DNA of 39,981 nucleotides from Thermotogota bacterium (GTDB lineage Bacteria; Thermotogota; Thermotogae; Petrotogales; Kosmotogaceae): NCBI GenBank assembly GCA_034660555.1, contig JAYEJL010000135.1, positions 1 to 39,981 of the forward strand, read 5' to 3'. Shown piece by piece: positions 38,967 to 39,981 of this stretch (position 1 is its first letter; each line of letters starts with the position of its first letter). The notes under the pieces were generated by a model. It saw only the letters and a program-made list of their open reading frames with translations, ran no database searches and was not told where the DNA came from. The position numbers and the translations under genes were made by a program.

Positions 38967-39063
38967 CAAGATAAATTAGAAATTCTTAATTATCTTAATT
39001 GGTTGAAGAAAATTTGTGCTTGAAGCACTTTACTATTCTAATTTTTGTAAATACCTAGAAAAC

Positions 39064-39095
39064 AAAAAAAGGGCGAACAATGATCTTGTTCGCCC
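39064..39095 (-). terminator. Rho-independent terminator after the peroxiredoxin gene
   Basis: GGGCGAACAA-N5-TTGTTCGCCC 10-bp stem plus T7 on the minus strand. Confidence 0.9.
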
Positions 39096-39114
39096 CTTAT
39101 GTGTTGATTATTTC

Positions 39115-39753
39115 TTATATTTTCTTGTGGCAGAACCACCAGTCATAACAGTCATACTTTTTGGGTCTTTCTTCTGCATCTTTAACTGTACTTGCTGGAG
39201 GCACTATTACCTCATCGTTGACAAGTTCATTATTGGGCCAGTTTGCAGGTATTGCTACTCCATGTTTATCAGCAGTTATGAAACCTTTGACCATTCTAAC
39301 GATCTCATCAAGGTTTCTACCAAGTTCCTGTGGATAATAAAGAATTGCTCTGATAATACCTTTCGGATCTACAATAAATACTGCTCTTACCGTATTTGTT
39401 CCTTTTCCTGGATGGATTAATCCCATAATGTCAGAAACCTTTCCCGTATCGGCAATTATTGGGAATTCGATTTCAGTATCCAGGTTATCCTTAATCCACT
39501 CTACCCATTTAATATGCGAGTGAACCTGATCAACACTTAGTCCGATTAGTTCTGTGTTCAATTCTTTGAATTCTTTGTAGCGTTTCTGGAAGGATACAAA
39601 TTCAGTTGTGCAAACAGGAGTAAAGTCTCCAGGATGACTGAATAAAATAAACCATTTACCTTTGAACGCTTCAGGTAAATCCATCTCACCGTGTGTTGTG
39701 TTTACCTTCATTTCTGGAAATTTGTCACCAATTAGTGGCATTCCTTTTTCCAT
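39115..39753 (-). CDS. Peroxiredoxin (Prx6 subfamily, thermophile type)
   Basis: [27 protein letters not shown]-terminal CYDWWFC. Confidence 0.95.
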   Translation of the reverse strand: MEKGMPLIGDKFPEMKVNTTHGEMDLPEAFKGKWFILFSHPGDFTPVCTTEFVSFQKRYKEFKELNTELIGLSVDQVHSHIKWVEWIKDNLDTEIEFPIIADTGKVSDIMGLIHPGKGTNTVRAVFIVDPKGIIRAILYYPQELGRNLDEIVRMVKGFITADKHGVAIPANWPNNELVNDEVIVPPASTVKDAEERPKKYDCYDWWFCHKKI

Positions 39754-39799
39754 AATAAAACCCCCTTTTCAATACTTTATTTAGAATCACTATAATCTG

Positions 39800-39838
39800 T
39801 AACATAATTATGTTAACACTAAACTTTTTTTCTGTCAA
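39800..39838 (-). promoter_or_regulatory. Peroxiredoxin promoter with overlapping 16-bp palindrome
   Basis: TTGACA (39838-39833), 17 nt, TAACAT; TAACATAATTATGTTA at 39800-39815. Confidence 0.7.
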
Positions 39839-39924
39839 GTTTAATTACTCAGTTTGTGAAAACATAGATGTTCAAAATATCGTATTAACTTTATCTTCGT
39901 ACGAATTTTGATCTCTTCTGAATA

Positions 39925-39981
39925 CTATATCTTTAACAATGCACTGGTTACCAGGGTTTCAAGATATTCAATCTTCCCTGA
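39925..39981 (-). CDS. 3' end of an upstream gene, possibly xylose isomerase
   Basis: SGKIEYLETLVTSALLKI* resembles the SG(K/R)QEYLE C-terminus of class II XylA; only 18 codons are visible. Confidence 0.35.
   Translation of the reverse strand, partial: SGKIEYLETLVTSALLKI

Noticed and set aside
923..39420. Numerous 60-135 aa ORFs antisense to or overlapping well-supported genes
   Set aside because: Shadow frames with no RBS or motifs.

Overview
AT-rich bacterial chromosome segment. Gene content and style suggest Thermotogota (Kosmotoga/Mesotoga-like); this is inference. The left end holds a mosaic of structured repeats, a degenerate attC-like hairpin and a HEPN-motif ORF with a premature stop. 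Small accessory genes follow (DUF2202, Crp plus DMT transporter, two methyltransferases, RHH regulator, flavodoxin-like protein, glpX, a decayed dppB). Next is a minus-strand operon of a DHDPS/NAL-family aldolase, TRAP transporter, IclR regulator and fucI, then a lysine fermentation operon (kal, kce, kdd, kamA, maoC-like, kamB, kamC, kamD, kamE). The right half carries dsdA, a lipid kinase, PspC/LiaF-like genes, a PglF/Mpv17/PglE/WecA-like glycan operon, corA, a TrmH methyltransferase, a decaying YtrA-ABC-YokD cluster and a peroxiredoxin. Top leads: (1) an unannotated 12-aa leader peptide ending Pro-Pro-stop, with mutually exclusive anti-SD pairings, upstream of corA; (2) the aldolase-TRAP-FucI operon as a candidate Kdo (or related 2-keto-3-deoxy acid) catabolic pathway; (3) a hairpin-split Shine-Dalgarno or mini-ORF before the maoC-like gene; (4) an attC-like site next to a HEPN ORF. 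All calls come from reading the sequence; no searches were run.
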